This document shows, piece by piece, positions 1 to 12,118 of a DNA stretch of 64,000 nt. Where the stretch lies: positions 4,898,001-4,962,000 of the forward strand of contig NC_087436.1 in NCBI RefSeq assembly GCF_036321535.1. Reading direction: 5' to 3'. The notes under the pieces are model-generated. The model was not told where the DNA came from. It was given only the letters and a program-made list of their open reading frames with translations, and made no database searches. The DNA is from Camelus dromedarius (Eukaryota). Each line of letters begins with the position of its first letter. The first letter of the stretch is position 1. The translations under genes and the position numbers were made by a program.

Positions 1-256
1 AACAAAAATGGCAGCGAGAACGTACGTATCACTAATTACCTTAACTGTAGATGGATTAAACACTCCAACCAAAAGACAAAGACTGGCTCAATGGATACAA
101 AAACAAGACCAGTATATACGCTGTCTACAAGAGACCCGCATCAGAGCTAGGGACACATACAGGCTGAAAATGAGTGGCTGGGAAAAGGAAACCAGAAGAA
201 AGCTGGAGCAGCAACACTTATATTAGACAAAATGGACTTTAAAATAAAGACTGTTT
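1..256 (+). mobile_element. LINE-1 fragment, start of ORF2 (endonuclease N-terminus), decayed
   Basis: ORF 8-226 reads YVSLITLTVDGLNTPTKRQRLAQWIQKQD..CLQET, matching the L1 endonuclease motif (ITLNVNGLN.P.KR.RL..WI..CCLQET). It frameshifts after GWEK and KKAG...DKMDFKIKTV continues in another frame. Confidence 0.93.
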
Positions 257-299
257 CAAGAGTTATCTGTATTATTATCATATTTTTCTAATCCAAATA

Positions 300-682
300 A
301 TTTCTTAATTAATCTTGAAATAGGCTTCCAGCCTTAGTGGTTCTTCAAGCACCTCAATCAAGATAACCAGGTTCCGTAGTTGTAAGCCCTAAATCTCATG
401 GATTAAGAAAATAATGCATTTAATTTTCACTCAGGTGACTGCACTGCACCTGTTGTCTTCACTCCAGGGCCCAAGCTGATGCCATGACAGTGAGGGAGGC
501 AGAGGGAAGGACACAGGGCTCATTAAACTTTCCCTGGAAAGTCCAACAGTTCACTCCTGCCCAGTTCATTGGCCAAAGCAAATCAGATGGCAAGTAATAT
601 CAGTGGAAGAGAAGAAATGCAATCCGGTCAGGTGCCCCGAGTGAGAAGGCAGAGGGTTGGTGACTAGTCCTGATGACTACAA
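300..682 (-). mobile_element. Old MaLR LTR (MLT1J/K-like), diverged
   Basis: Contains 'cactcctgcccagttcattggccaaagcaaatcagatggc' and ends '...gatgactacaaa', typical of antisense MLT1J/K/L. Boundaries approximate. Confidence 0.55.
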
Positions 683-3600
683 AACCCACACTGTCAACTG
701 GAGCTTCTACATCATGGGAGACCCCCTCAGAACGCAGACCTTCAGTAATACTTGATGTTCCTCCAAGCACAAGAGAAGAAGGATCTGCAACAATTCATGG
801 GAAGTTAATGGTGGGGTTATAAAAATTCATTATGCAGTAAATTTAGCCAAGGCAGTAAAAAATACTGTGTTTGGAACAAGGAAAGAATATTTCACCACTA
901 TCTTAGGAGTGAACTTTCTAGGCTCAGACTAGGGTAGCACAGACCACAGGAGGACTGGGTCGTTACAAACCAGTGGGTATGATGTGAACCAGCGGGAGCT
1001 GACCATGCTTCACAGAGATGGACAGACCGCTGACCGGTGGCCACTGTGTCCCTCCAAACAGTCAGCTGGCTGATGTTGACCTAATGAAGATGGAGGGGGA
1101 AAGAATAAGCCCATTTTTTGGTTTGTGGCTCTGGGGGGCGTGCTGTGTGATGACAGAAGTGTACTCAGACACACCTTCCTTTCCCTATTTCTTCTTGTCT
1201 GTTATTTGTAATCATATGATTTTAGCATGCTGCAGCACCAGGGCCAGGAATGATAGACACCACCACAAAATTTATCATTCTGTTTCATAAGGAAGCAAGT
1301 TGCATTCACAAGGTGGTCAAAGCATCCACACATCAGTGGGCGTACATTCCTTAGAGAAATCACTTTTTACAGGAGACCACAAAATTCAAGAATAAAATTA
1401 GGAGTAATAAAAAGAAATCATAATTTGCACAAATTGGACCGTGCATTTAGTGGCTGAACTCTAAATTTCTTTACGTGAACCAGTTAACCGACCTGGATGA
1501 TTCTGCAGTAACTATTAATGACACGTTGAAGAATCTTGTGAGCACCCACATTGTGATCCTCTAGCTTCTGAAATAAACTATTTTCAAATTCGTCTTGACT
1601 TCTTAGTCCAGGATGTTGGATCAGACACAGGGGCAGCATCTGGAACGGCTCCCAGTGCAGCAGGAAAGGACAGAAGGACTGAACTGATGTTAAACCCAAG
1701 GCACCTGGGTCATTTTCTCCAGCGTATAGCTTCGCTTTGTTTGATATAAAAGACATTTGATATTGTTATAGGCTGGGAAGTTGACTCATTAGAAAGGAAT
1801 GTCAACCTCTTGCTTCCAGACCACACTGCCACCCGGACAGATTACAAGGTCAGTCAGCAAACGACGGGGAAAACACAGCTCTAGCGAAGCTGTACGGAAT
1901 GACCTAATTAGATTTATTCAGCCTGATCTGACCGTGTTCATTTTCCTTTTAAGTGTAACACACTCATTCGAGGAAGATAAAACATCATGACAACATCACC
2001 CAACACTGAGTAATTCAAATACCAGGCATTCCACTTAAAATATTATAGCACATGCACTGTTGATGTAAGTATAATGTCCTATGTAGGATATAAAGTAGCC
2101 AATGTGATTTTTCATAGAAGAAGGTCTTTCTTTAATTAGCCATCATTTACTACTGGCTGGCGCTTTGACAATTATTTTTCTCTTGGAGTTTAACTTTCTG
2201 CCCAAGGAGTTTTGATGGTTGTTAAACAACCTTGTTTTCCACGGTTGAGTCTGTCTACTTCGGCCCCAAAACTGTTTTATATTCCCCATTCCCTTTCAAC
2301 TTTATTCTTGGCAGCTACCTTTGTGTGCATCACCCTGTTCTCCAGATGGTGGGTCCTTGCCTGCGAGCCGTGGCTCAGATATTCCGTTATTAACTTTTCT
2401 AGCGTCTTCCCATAATACGTACCCTGATCTGCGGTGTTTTATTGAACTGCTCAAGGCTGTGTGGTTTCCATTGCTGTCTGCGATGTTATTTCACTTCAGG
2501 GCCTTAAACCAAGCCCTTTTTCCTCTCCTCTGCTGCCTCCAAGATCCAATTTTCACACTCCCACTGAGCACAAGATCAAATCAATGATTCCACCTTTTTT
2601 TTTTTTTCTTACATTGATATCCCCTTCAATACATTTTTTCATAGGATCTTGGCCAACTTTTCCACATTTACCCGTGTGATTCCTTCAGAAGCCACCCCTT
2701 TCCAAAGTTATCTCTTTCACATTTAGTCATTTGTTCCTGCTGTACAATGCTAAACTGAATTAAGTCACGAGTTGAATATTAGTGAGACATGAAAAGAAAT
2801 GAGCAGTCTAATTTAAAAAATTCTTTTCTCTAGCATTTCTACCAAGTAGAAAAAGACTTCATATTTCTGTGGATTCATGGTTTCTTTCTTACTCTATGTT
2901 AACATTAGGAAGAATTGTTAAATTTATTATTAGGAAGGATGGAAAAGTTAGATTTTTCATGCATTTGGTTTGGCTTCCACCTTTCAGTACACATTTAGCC
3001 TGTTTAACATAGAGCGTTCTGCTTTGAGGAAGAGTTTTGGCGTGATTTAATATTGTCTATTAATTCCTTATGTTGCTTCACGGGAGCCTTAAGGAGTCCT
3101 ATCGACGGACTGCCGTGAGCCATTTTCCTTGCATTTGTACCTGGGAATGCCCAAGGACTTTCTGTACTTCTCTTAACGAGCTCCAAGCCCCGAATCTCTG
3201 ACCACACCATGGGCAGTGACCCTTCACAGCAGAGATAAGTCTATTATTTTCATGAGCTTCAGTTGAAAGAAATGTACAGCTTATACTGGGAGAAACTCTT
3301 TGCTGGCCTCATTTTAGGAATGACTTTTATTGGAGCTGAGATAAGCATTGTGTTCCTAAAAGAAATGCTATTTAAAAAGGTGGAGTTGAGTCGAAGGAAT
3401 AAATATTTATAAAATGTTATGGTTCAGACATTCTAATGGATGCAAATTTTTTTTCTTTCTTCCCCATTCTATGGGATGATTATTCTTCGGTTTAATTCAG
3501 CATCTTACATAAATGTGGGCTGAGTTTAAACGGTAAGTCACAAAAGCTGTTTGTCAGCTCTGGTTTCAGATTGCACTGGAAATTCCTCCATCTTTATGTT

Positions 3601-4149
3601 AATCCTCATTCCAATACGCAGGCGTGACAGCAAGGCAGATGTAATTATTTAAATAGAAACAAAGAAGGTTCTGTCCATAGTTGCAAATGATGTTGACGCA
3701 AAACCACTCCCTTGGCACTGAGTGGGGAGTACTCTGCAGGTAAGAGGTGGTAAGCACCAAGGGCATCTTTTAGGGCATAATCCCCGGGACCATCGCAGAA
3801 CGTCAGACGCTCAGACTTCCCGTCAGGGGAGATCACTGACGGTCACGTGCTCAAGTAATTTACAACTCAAATAAAAGACTTTGAGGGTTTTTTTTTATCT
3901 TTCTTTCTCTTTGAAAGGGAACATGTTCTATTCATTTAACAACAGGAGGAATTATAGTGAAAATCATAAATGGAAAGGGAGGAATTATAGAAATCTGCAT
4001 GATAAGATTAGCAGTTTGCACAGTAAATAACTATTTGAATAAATAACCAACTATAACAGGGTTGAAATTTACTTGCTTGACTTTCCTATTAATAGTAATC
4101 TTAAAGTTGTAAACAAACAAGCAGCAAATGAGATGATGCTGTTTAGATG

Positions 4150-4350
4150 TTGAGTCAGGACACTTAGACTTGTAGTTACCTGAATACTCTGACAACTTCC
4201 CACATATTGATGGAACTTCAACAAATGCATGATCATTTTAGACTAGTTTCTTTAAATGAGTAGGAAATAATATACTACTTGAGTTTTTTTTTTTTCCCCA
4301 AAGAGATGTTGTATGGGAAGAAATCAAATGAGGTATGTGAGATTTCTGTG
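4150..4350 (+). mobile_element. MIR SINE remnant
   Basis: Degenerate MIR layout: 'gagtcaggacac...ctagtttctttaaatg...aataatatactact...aaatgaggtatgtgaga'. Confidence 0.45.
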
Positions 4351-4836
4351 CTAATTAAAACATAATGGAAGTTCTGCTGACTTCAAACGAGCCTTCCATT
4401 CTGTTGATACTTTGAAATTGTGACAAACTACCTCTGCATCCCTGTCTCTTACTTGCTGTTGGTTTCATTGCAAAGGGCTTAATTTAAATATCCTCGGGAT
4501 AGCCTTATGTATATTTTGTGTGTTTTCTTTCCCACGTAATGACATAATCAGCATTTGCAAAGAGTTCTTAGAAGGCGGGTGTATCACAATGCATTCATTC
4601 CCACGTTCACTTATATTTTAATATATTGACTTTACAGAAATCTCCTTACACGTTATTTTTTAAGTAACAAATGTCTAACCTTTTAGAATATAGTTGCACC
4701 TCCCTGGAAGCACTCGTCTTCTCTAGTTTTGTGTTTTGATACAAGGTATCCATGCATGAGTAGACACTGATGGAATGTACAAAGCTAATACACACAACAC
4801 TGAGAATTGTATTTCCACCCAAAAATATAGGTTGGG

Positions 4837-5217
4837 TGTCACAGACTGGTTGTGCACCCCCAAAATTCATCTATTGAGAGCCCTGAACCCCAGTGTGACA
4901 ATAGTTGGAGACAGGACACATAGGAAGTAACTGAGGTTAAATAAGGTCAAAAGGATGGGGCCCTACTCTGGTAGGATTAGTGTCCTTATAAGAAGAGCCC
5001 CCTAGAGCTCCTTCTTTCTCTCTCTGCCCTTGATGTGGACACAGAGCAAGAAGGAGGCCGTCTGCAAGCCCAGCACAGGGCCCTCACCAGGAACTGAGTT
5101 GGCTGCAGCTTGGTCTTGGCTTCCCAGCCTCCAGAACTGTGAGAAATAAGTTTCCGTTGTTTGCTTAAAGAAACAGTCCCTGATATTTCCTTATAGCAGC
5201 CTGAGCAGAGTAGGACA
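4837..5217 (+). mobile_element. MaLR solo LTR (MLT1A/MLT1A0-like)
   Basis: TG...CA ends. Diagnostic blocks 'cccccaaaattcat', 'gattagtgtccttataagaaga', 'cttcccagcctccagaactgtgagaaataa', 'ttatagcagcc'. Flanks TTGGG/TTAGG resemble a 5-bp TSD (4/5 match). Confidence 0.9.
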
Positions 5218-6291
5218 TTAGGATTGAAGCATTTCACAGAATGGAAATCAAGATTTTGTTGTGCTTTCATTGCTACACACTAATAAGTTCTATTAACTTT
5301 TATTCCCACGGAAAGGCTGTAACCTACCATCAGAATTTTCACCGATTCTAAAGATGATTGGGTGAATGGGTCTTAAAAATTTCAAATTGCAAGGCAAGCA
5401 CTATCCTTATCATGGGAAGTTTTCCTTAATTTGCAGCCTTTGAACTTTAGGTTTTTAAAAACAATCTTTTTTTTTACATTCAGAAAAACAAATGCCAGTA
5501 AATGCTAAGTCCAAGGCATCTGAGTAGGACTTGCTACCTTGCTATTTTTGTTAGGCATTTTTATTAATGTACTGAGGCTGTAAGAACAAATCAATCTGCT
5601 TTACATGAAGTCGGTCATGGTTCAAGTGAGTAAATGTTCAGGACGAGCTTCCATGAGGGCACAGGCAGGATAAATGCACCAGAACCCAATTAAATAGGCC
5701 CGCATTTCTTTTCCAATTATACATACATGCTATGTATTGAGTGCTTTTAGTGGTAAGTTTGCCACAGACGCAGAACAACATTGCTGACAAATGTCACTGG
5801 GTTAAGAGTCCATTAATGAACCTCTCTTAGCAACTGGCTTCTTTCAACTTGATCAGCTATGTCTCTTCTGATGATTTAAACATTTCAGTTTCCGGAAACC
5901 TTGAAATTAAAAGCAGAAGGTATAGTATAAATCGCTGAAATGCAAGTTCTTTTAAATTGCATATTTATGGTTAAAAAAAAAAAAGACATGCTTGTTCCCT
6001 CTGCATCAGAGAACACAAACGTTCCTTCCATTTTCCTTTTGCATCCTGGGTTTCCCTCCGGCTGGTGTCCAGTGGGGCCGTGACATGTGTGACTCATCCT
6101 CTGTGGACAAAGAATTCTGGTAGGCAGGGAAGAGATAACATGAAGATGATGTCATAGACCAGAACTGTGTTTTAGAAAAAGAGGAAGGGGGTGTTTTCGT
6201 TCAGTTTCACCATAATTTGACCTAAGGATTCTGCCTTTGGTGTGTGTGGTCCAGGACAGCAGTCAGTCCTCCTACGGCTGAGGTCTGGGGC

Positions 6292-6478
6292 CCTGGCCCT
6301 GGGGTAAGTACATTCATGCATTATTTTCTTATTCTTCACAACCTGCATCAGGATGACAGTAGTGTCACCACAATTTTAAAGTCAGGGACCTGAGACTTAG
6401 AATTACTTGAGTAACTTTTTCTCAGTAACGCTGCTTATTATGGTGGCGCCAGGGTTAAATCTCAAGTGTGTCTGATGG
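6292..6478 (-). mobile_element. MIR SINE remnant
   Basis: 'ttattcttcacaacc...aattttaaagtcagggacctgagacttaga...gagtaactt...gccagggttaaatctcaagtgtgtctga' resembles the antisense MIR core. Confidence 0.65.
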
Positions 6479-6873
6479 GGATGCCCGTGTGAACTTGCTG
6501 CTTCGATCTGGACTCTGTAAAGAGACTGGCCTCTTCACTAACATGAGCCTCTGTCGCCAGTGCGCGTTCCTTAACCAGACAGTCAGGTCTCTGAGAATGC
6601 GGCAAGACACACATGGAAAAATGCACTTTCAGTAAAACTAACAGAACACAAACCCTTGTGGACAGTGGCATTTTCATCTCACTGATCTCTAGGGTCCTTT
6701 TCTCGGGCTACCGGCAGCACAGTCAGGCAACGGAGGCAGGGGAGCAGGCCTTCCGACTGGGGCAGGGCAGATCCGGGGGCGCTGACTCAAGTCTGGTAAT
6801 AAAACGCATGAGGTCCAGTGAGAAGAGCGGTTTCAAGTCGTCGGGAGGGTCTGAGGTACAGTCGTTGGTTTCG

Positions 6874-6887
6874 CCAGTAGATGGCAG
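6874..6887 (+). promoter_or_regulatory. Candidate CTCF-binding site
   Basis: CCAGTAGATGGCAG matches the CTCF core consensus CCASYAGRKGGCRS at all 14 positions and lies in a locally CpG-retaining stretch. Motif only; binding is not shown. Confidence 0.5.
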
Positions 6888-7689
6888 CAAAAAGCAAAAC
6901 ACTGGGGGCAGCACGGAAGAATCTGCATGGTTGGGCAGAATCAAAACCGAAGGATGCCGCTGCAGGGAGCAGATCCAAAGGCGAGGACCTGAGACTCAGG
7001 ACCCCGTCTCCAGGTGACTCGGCTGCTTTGAGAAGAGCCGAGAACTTGACCATCACAGAGACTCTGTGGACCCAACCCGGGCAGCAGCAGGTCATCAGAT
7101 TCACGGCTTCCACTGTCACGATAGCTCAACATTTACAGGCAGAAGCAGCACATGTGACCAGCAACGAAGCAAAAGAATGCATAAAAGGTCAGAGCTGAGT
7201 AAATAAATCTCATCATTGCCAAATGCGGGTGGGAACTGGATATACATCATCGTGCAAAATCCATGCATCTCTTTCTTGCTTTAATTTTCCTGTTGGCGAA
7301 CGTCCATTTCCCCATCACTTTAATCAAGTGCATTTCCATATGTCGACCATAACACGGGAGTAGGTAAAAGTCCTCACCTCCATTGCAGTCCCTCTCAGCG
7401 TGTGGAGTCGGACGCTGCTCCTTCCACTGCTGGTTTCCTTCCTCTGCCTCGACCCCTCCTCCCCTCTGGACCAGCTCCTCCCTGTATTCGTGCTGTCAGC
7501 CTGCATCACAGCACCACTCGCCAAGGCGACAGGCAACGTGGGCGGCGACTGGCCAGCCCAGGAGAGCCCGCACGGGGGCCAGCTTGTAGGAAACGTGGTG
7601 GATACGATCCGCTCTGCTACCTTCATCAGATGTTTCAGTAGAAAGCAGAGTTTTGTTTTCCGAGTCCACGGTGATGGAACTGGTTGGAA

Positions 7690-7748
7690 AGTGATGACCG
7701 TTTCCATTACAAGAAAGTGATGCAGTGATGACCGTTTCCATTACAAGA
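7690..7748. repeat. Perfect 25-bp direct duplication
   Basis: AGTGATGACCGTTTCCATTACAAGA at 7690-7714 and 7724-7748, separated by AAGTGATGC. Confidence 0.95.
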
Positions 7749-8726
7749 TTCTTCCTAGAACATCAGGAGATGAATTATTAACCTACATTGTACCTTCTAT
7801 TAGAGTGAAAATCACCTGCGTGTTGAGGAACTTCCCAGCAAGATAAAAGCCTACCTCCATGTATTTTGCTATGTAGGGTGTGAGGTAGAAGGGATTAAAA
7901 ATGAGGAAGAAATAAAAAAGATAAGCATTACTTTTCCCATTGCTTTAACATTTTTCTGTATTTCTCTTTTAAAGATTCTTCAGGGAGTTAACATACGATT
8001 GAGAAATCATACAACACGGAGCTGATCGTGGTAAGGTGGAAGTCAAGTGTATCACAATGTGGAAGGATCAGCTTCACCTTGCTGATGTAAAAACTCACAA
8101 TCATGACAGTAAATCTGATCAATGTCAGTGATACCGATGCAGCCCAGGTCCCTGAATTCCACATTTTCCGTGGGGGTGACTGCTGCGGATTTTTTCTCTT
8201 GGAGGGGCTCCAAATTTTCACATAATGTCCCTGGAACAGATATTACATTTCAAACGTGGTAACCTTGATGTTTCCAAACAGTTTTTGAATATTTAGCTGT
8301 GAATATATATGAGAAAACCTAACGGCAATACAGCCCATTTTGAAAAGTTAAGGACAAAGACATCAGTTCTTGCCAACCCAGTTCAGCCTTTAATTTCTTT
8401 TTGACTATTTGCTCTATTGAAACAATAGAGTATCTAGAACGTTGAATTCTACAATTCAATATTTACAAAATTTTCTCTTTCATTGATAGGCTCATAACGT
8501 GGTTGAGCTGACTGATTTCAGCTCTAAATATACAAACACAGCCAAGTTCTCATACACTACAACAGAATCCACACACTTTTCTGCAGAGGGCCAAATAGGA
8601 CATATTTCGGCTTTGTGTGACATCTGACTTCTGCCATCGTACTCTTAACTTAACTCTGCCACCGTAGCAGGAAAAGCAGCTGTAGAGTATACGCAAGAAA
8701 ACGGGGAAGCCGTGTTCCAGCACATC

Positions 8727-8989
8727 TTTTTTTTTTAAATTGAAGTGTAGTCAGTCACAATGTGTCAGTTTCTGGTGTACAGCACAGCGTCCCAGTCATG
8801 CACATACATACATACATACATACATACATACATACATACGCCTTCACATCCTTTTCATCAAAGATTATTATAAGACACTGAACATAGTTCCTTGTGCTAT
8901 GCAGAAAAAACTCATTTTTAATCGATTTTTATATATAGCAGTTAACCGTTGCAAATCTCAAACTCCCCAATTTATCCCTTCCCACCCCC
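8727..8989 (-). mobile_element. 5'-truncated lineage-specific L1 (3' UTR end)
   Basis: T-tract followed by 'attgaagtgtagtcag...tttctggtgtacagca...aacatagttccttgtgctat...tttatcccttcccacc'. Same family as other L1 3' ends in the window. Confidence 0.9.
8803..8838. repeat. (CATA)9 microsatellite inside the L1
   Basis: Nine perfect CATA units. Confidence 0.95.
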
Positions 8990-9354
8990 TTTGTTTACAA
9001 AATTAAGTAGTCGGCTGGGTTTGGTACACAGGCTGTAGTTAGAGACCTCTGCGTTAGAATTTCTCTCTTTTTCTGCTTTGACCCTAAATCATTCCCCAAC
9101 TTGCAAAAGGCTCCAGATAGAGCTTTTTATTACTACATGGAATAGTTGAACATAGCTGTACTCCTGACATCTTACCAGGCTTAGGCAGGTGTTTGTGGTC
9201 CTCTGATTCACCTTTTTCTCCTAGGTTTACAGACAGCACCGTTTGGTCTAATGGCATAGTTAACGAGAGAGGAAAGACTATCTACCATCACCACTTCCTC
9301 CTTCTCAATTTTCTGTATGAAACAGTCTTGTGGAAAGCCAACGCCATTTACGCA

Positions 9355-9520
9355 ATCATAGGATGTTAACCTGAGACAAGACCTTAGTGATCATTTAGTG
9401 TAAGTTTCCATTACACAGATGAGGATACAAATATAAAGAAATTAAGTGATTGCCTAAATCAATCTGGATCCGGAAAACCAAACACACACAGTCCCAGAGT
9501 TGAAGTCTAGCCTTCTCACT
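9355..9520 (-). mobile_element. MIR-family SINE remnant
   Basis: 'aatcataggatgtta...gaccttagtgatcatttagt...cattacacagatgaggatac...attaagtgattgcctaa' matches the MIR core in antisense. Confidence 0.7.
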
Positions 9521-9997
9521 GTTTGATATCATTAGTGTGTCTCACGGAGTCCAGTAACATCCCAACTGTCCACCACACTCCCTTGATTAACAGGAGTAGA
9601 TGGGAGGGAAGTACCCCAGGAGCAGCCTGACGTCCTGGGTGTCACCGCGATTCAAACAACGCTGGTTCCATTCCTCCGCCTTGCTCGGAAACTGGCTCCA
9701 AACGAACCTGGATTCCTGCAACTCCGTTCATATCACTAGTTATCAGGCATGACATATTTAGTAAAGCGTAAGGGGCATTTTTTTTCCATTTTAGCATTGG
9801 AGGCTGCACACCCACATTTTTAAAAAGCACACCTTTCACAATTGGGGGGGGGTAAAGGAATTAATTACTGTAAATCTCTGTAAGCACTTCAGAGTTAACA
9901 ACCCAGCTCTGCTCTGCATGTTGGACAAATGCGCTGGATGTGAAAAGTAGGGCCATTTATTTTGGGAGGGTGAAGGTCAGTCTAGTTTGGGTTACTC

Positions 9998-10032
9998 TGT
10001 GTGTGTGGGTGTGTGTGTGTGTGTGTGAGTGT
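9998..10032. repeat. Imperfect (TG)n microsatellite
   Basis: TG run with two interruptions. Confidence 0.9.
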
Positions 10033-10724
10033 ATTGTCTCCCTGTGAGCTGTGGAGATGCGCAGGCTGTGTGTGGAATGTGATCTCCAGGAGGGTACCAG
10101 AAGCTGGATGTGAGGTTGCTAGGAGATTCTCCCTATTGTTTTAAACAAACTGCACAGGGCTGGCCGCAGCTGTCCGAGTTCCTGGCTCTTAAGAATAATA
10201 GAGCTGAAAAACACAAAGAACAAAGGTCTTCCACAATAAGTGGCAATAAATAACAGAATCTTTCTATGCCAGTAAATGCAGGCACTTGGATGTTAAAGCA
10301 ATTAATAAGGTGAAGAAACACAAGAGGGCATTTGAATTCTATTTGTGGTCAAATACTTTCCCTCCCAGACACTTTGATTTAAATGGTAAGACAATCTGAA
10401 GAGAGGCTGGTAGACTGCGATTTTAATAAATTAGCTTTTTAAAATTGCTGTCTTCTTTCTTGTTTAGTTTGACTTTATTCACGGAGAATTTCACCTCAGG
10501 GGCAACAGCAATAACTTACTCTAAATATGTTTTCAAGACCTTAAGTAGAACCAAATTCTATGATTGATAGTAGAAAGCAATTCAGCCCAAGACCCTTTTT
10601 ACCCCTTTCCATAGGCCACACCCACTCCTAACCCCAACCGTCCTCACCCTGGAGGTGGTCATGCGAGGCTACATGTGTAGTGAAACTGACAGGCAGGTCC
10701 CACACAGCGGCTGAGGTCTGGACC

Positions 10725-10870
10725 ACCACAGTCAGGGTCTTGGTTGTGACAGGACACCATGGTTGTGTGAGAGATCGCCCTTGGAAGACGCAGTGACGGG
10801 GGAGACCTGTCTCTACAGAGTTGAGTGAACTCCTGTGAATCTAGAATTATTTCAAAATAAAAAATTTATA
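10725..10870 (+). mobile_element. Ancient L1M (L1MC-like) 3' terminus
   Basis: Ends 'aactcctgtgaatctagaattatttcaaaataaaaaattt', the typical L1MC/MD tail. Confidence 0.65.
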
Positions 10871-11265
10871 AAAGCAAAACAGGTCTTGATTTTTCATATT
10901 TCAAAACTAGAGATTTTTTTTCCCCTTAAACAATGAATCATAGTCCCTTTGGTTTAGCTCCTGTCCATGTGTGTGTGGATGGTTGTTTCCTTCAATTGAC
11001 TTCTGCTTGAACACCCATTTCAAAATAATTTGAAAGGTGTAACTCAGACATTTTCTGGGAATCGATTTTTTTGACATATTGTTGGACTTACAGGTTGGTT
11101 GGATAATGATTTTTTTTAAGCCTATTCATGGAGTCTCAATCATTTGCAAATTCAAAATCAAAGATCATTCTTAACGGAATCAAAGCTTAAGAGTTTGTAC
11201 GGTAAGAAGCAAAGCTTTCAAAACAATGCTCTTTGTTTCTCCAAGTGTTTGTGTGTGTGTGTGTG

Positions 11266-12118
11266 TTTTAACTTTTCATTTTGAAATAAATACAGATTTA
11301 TGGGAAGTTGCAGAGATAGTGGATAGAGGTTCCATGTGCCCTTCCCAGAGTCCCCCCTCATGACTCTGTGTTGTGTAAGTACCATCAAAATCAAAACCAG
11401 GCATTTCCATGGGTAGAGTGTGTGTGAATAGTTTTCTACTTCTTCAACACATTTGTATGGATTCTTCTAACCACCATCTCCATCAAGATTCAGAACTATT
11501 TCATCACCGCCAAGGTCTTCTGGCGTTAATATTTCACCAATTCACTTGAAGTATAGAAATTTTACCTCCTTTTAAGGTCCTTAGTCTCCACTGTTTATAT
11601 TTGTCTTAAATATCCCTCTACATATGCTGGTATCCACATCAGACAACACTCTACTTTTGCTCTGTCAAACATTTTAAAATAATCAAGAAGAGAAGGGAAA
11701 CCTAGTGCATTTACATTGACTTTGTTAGTCTTTCTTCTTTCCTGATATTTCAAGATGTTTCCTTTTATAATTTTCTTTCTCTTTAATAAAATTTCCTTTT
11801 GCTATTCTTTTAGGGTAGGTCTACGAGCAACAGATTCTCTTAGGTTTTCTTCATCTGAGAATGTCTAAACTCCTCTTCTTTTCTGAAGGATATTTTTGCT
11901 GGATATAAAATTCAGGGCTGGTAATTCCTTTCTTTCAGCATTTGGCAAACATTTTGCTAGCTCTTTCTTGGTTTCTCTCCCTGGCTTTCTGATGAAAAAG
12001 ATGCTGTCATTTGAATTGTTTTCTTTTCTATATATAAGTTATATTTTCTCCCCTGTTGTTTTTAAGGTTATTTATTTTCTTGACTTTTCAAAAGCTTTAT
12101 CATGATATGTCCTGGTGT
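11266..12118 (-). mobile_element. Ancient L1M (L1MC-like) 3' end plus internal fragment
   Basis: 'ttttgaaataaatacagatttatgggaagttgca...gttccatgtgcccttc' is an L1MC tail. 'tctgagaatgtct...tgaaggatatttttgctggatataaaattc...ttctgatgaaaa' is L1M internal sequence. Confidence 0.8.

Larger units (their letters stand above)
8563..9051 (+). mobile_element. MER58A-like hAT-Charlie MITE, interrupted by an L1
   Basis: Left part 'acttttctgcagagggccaaataggacatatttcggctttg...caactctgcc-like...aaagcagc...gtgttcca'. Right part 'tttgtttacaaaa...ggctgtagttagagacctctg' resumes after the L1. Confidence 0.8.

Noticed and set aside
8..226. Functional endonuclease gene
   Set aside because: L1 ORF2 start that frameshifts through a small deletion and ends by about 256.
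6613..7741. Cluster of overlapping 60-134 aa ORFs on both strands
   Set aside because: No recognisable domain or consistent exon chain. Elevated GC content explains the lack of stop codons.
7690..7748. CRISPR-like direct repeat
   Set aside because: Only two copies, a 9-nt linker derived from the repeat itself, no cas genes and a mammalian context.
8100..8231. Minus-strand exon-like segment (TLCENLEPLQEKK...) bounded by CAG and GTGAGT
   Set aside because: Weak pyrimidine tract, two frames open, no recognisable protein and no phase-compatible neighbour that I could support.
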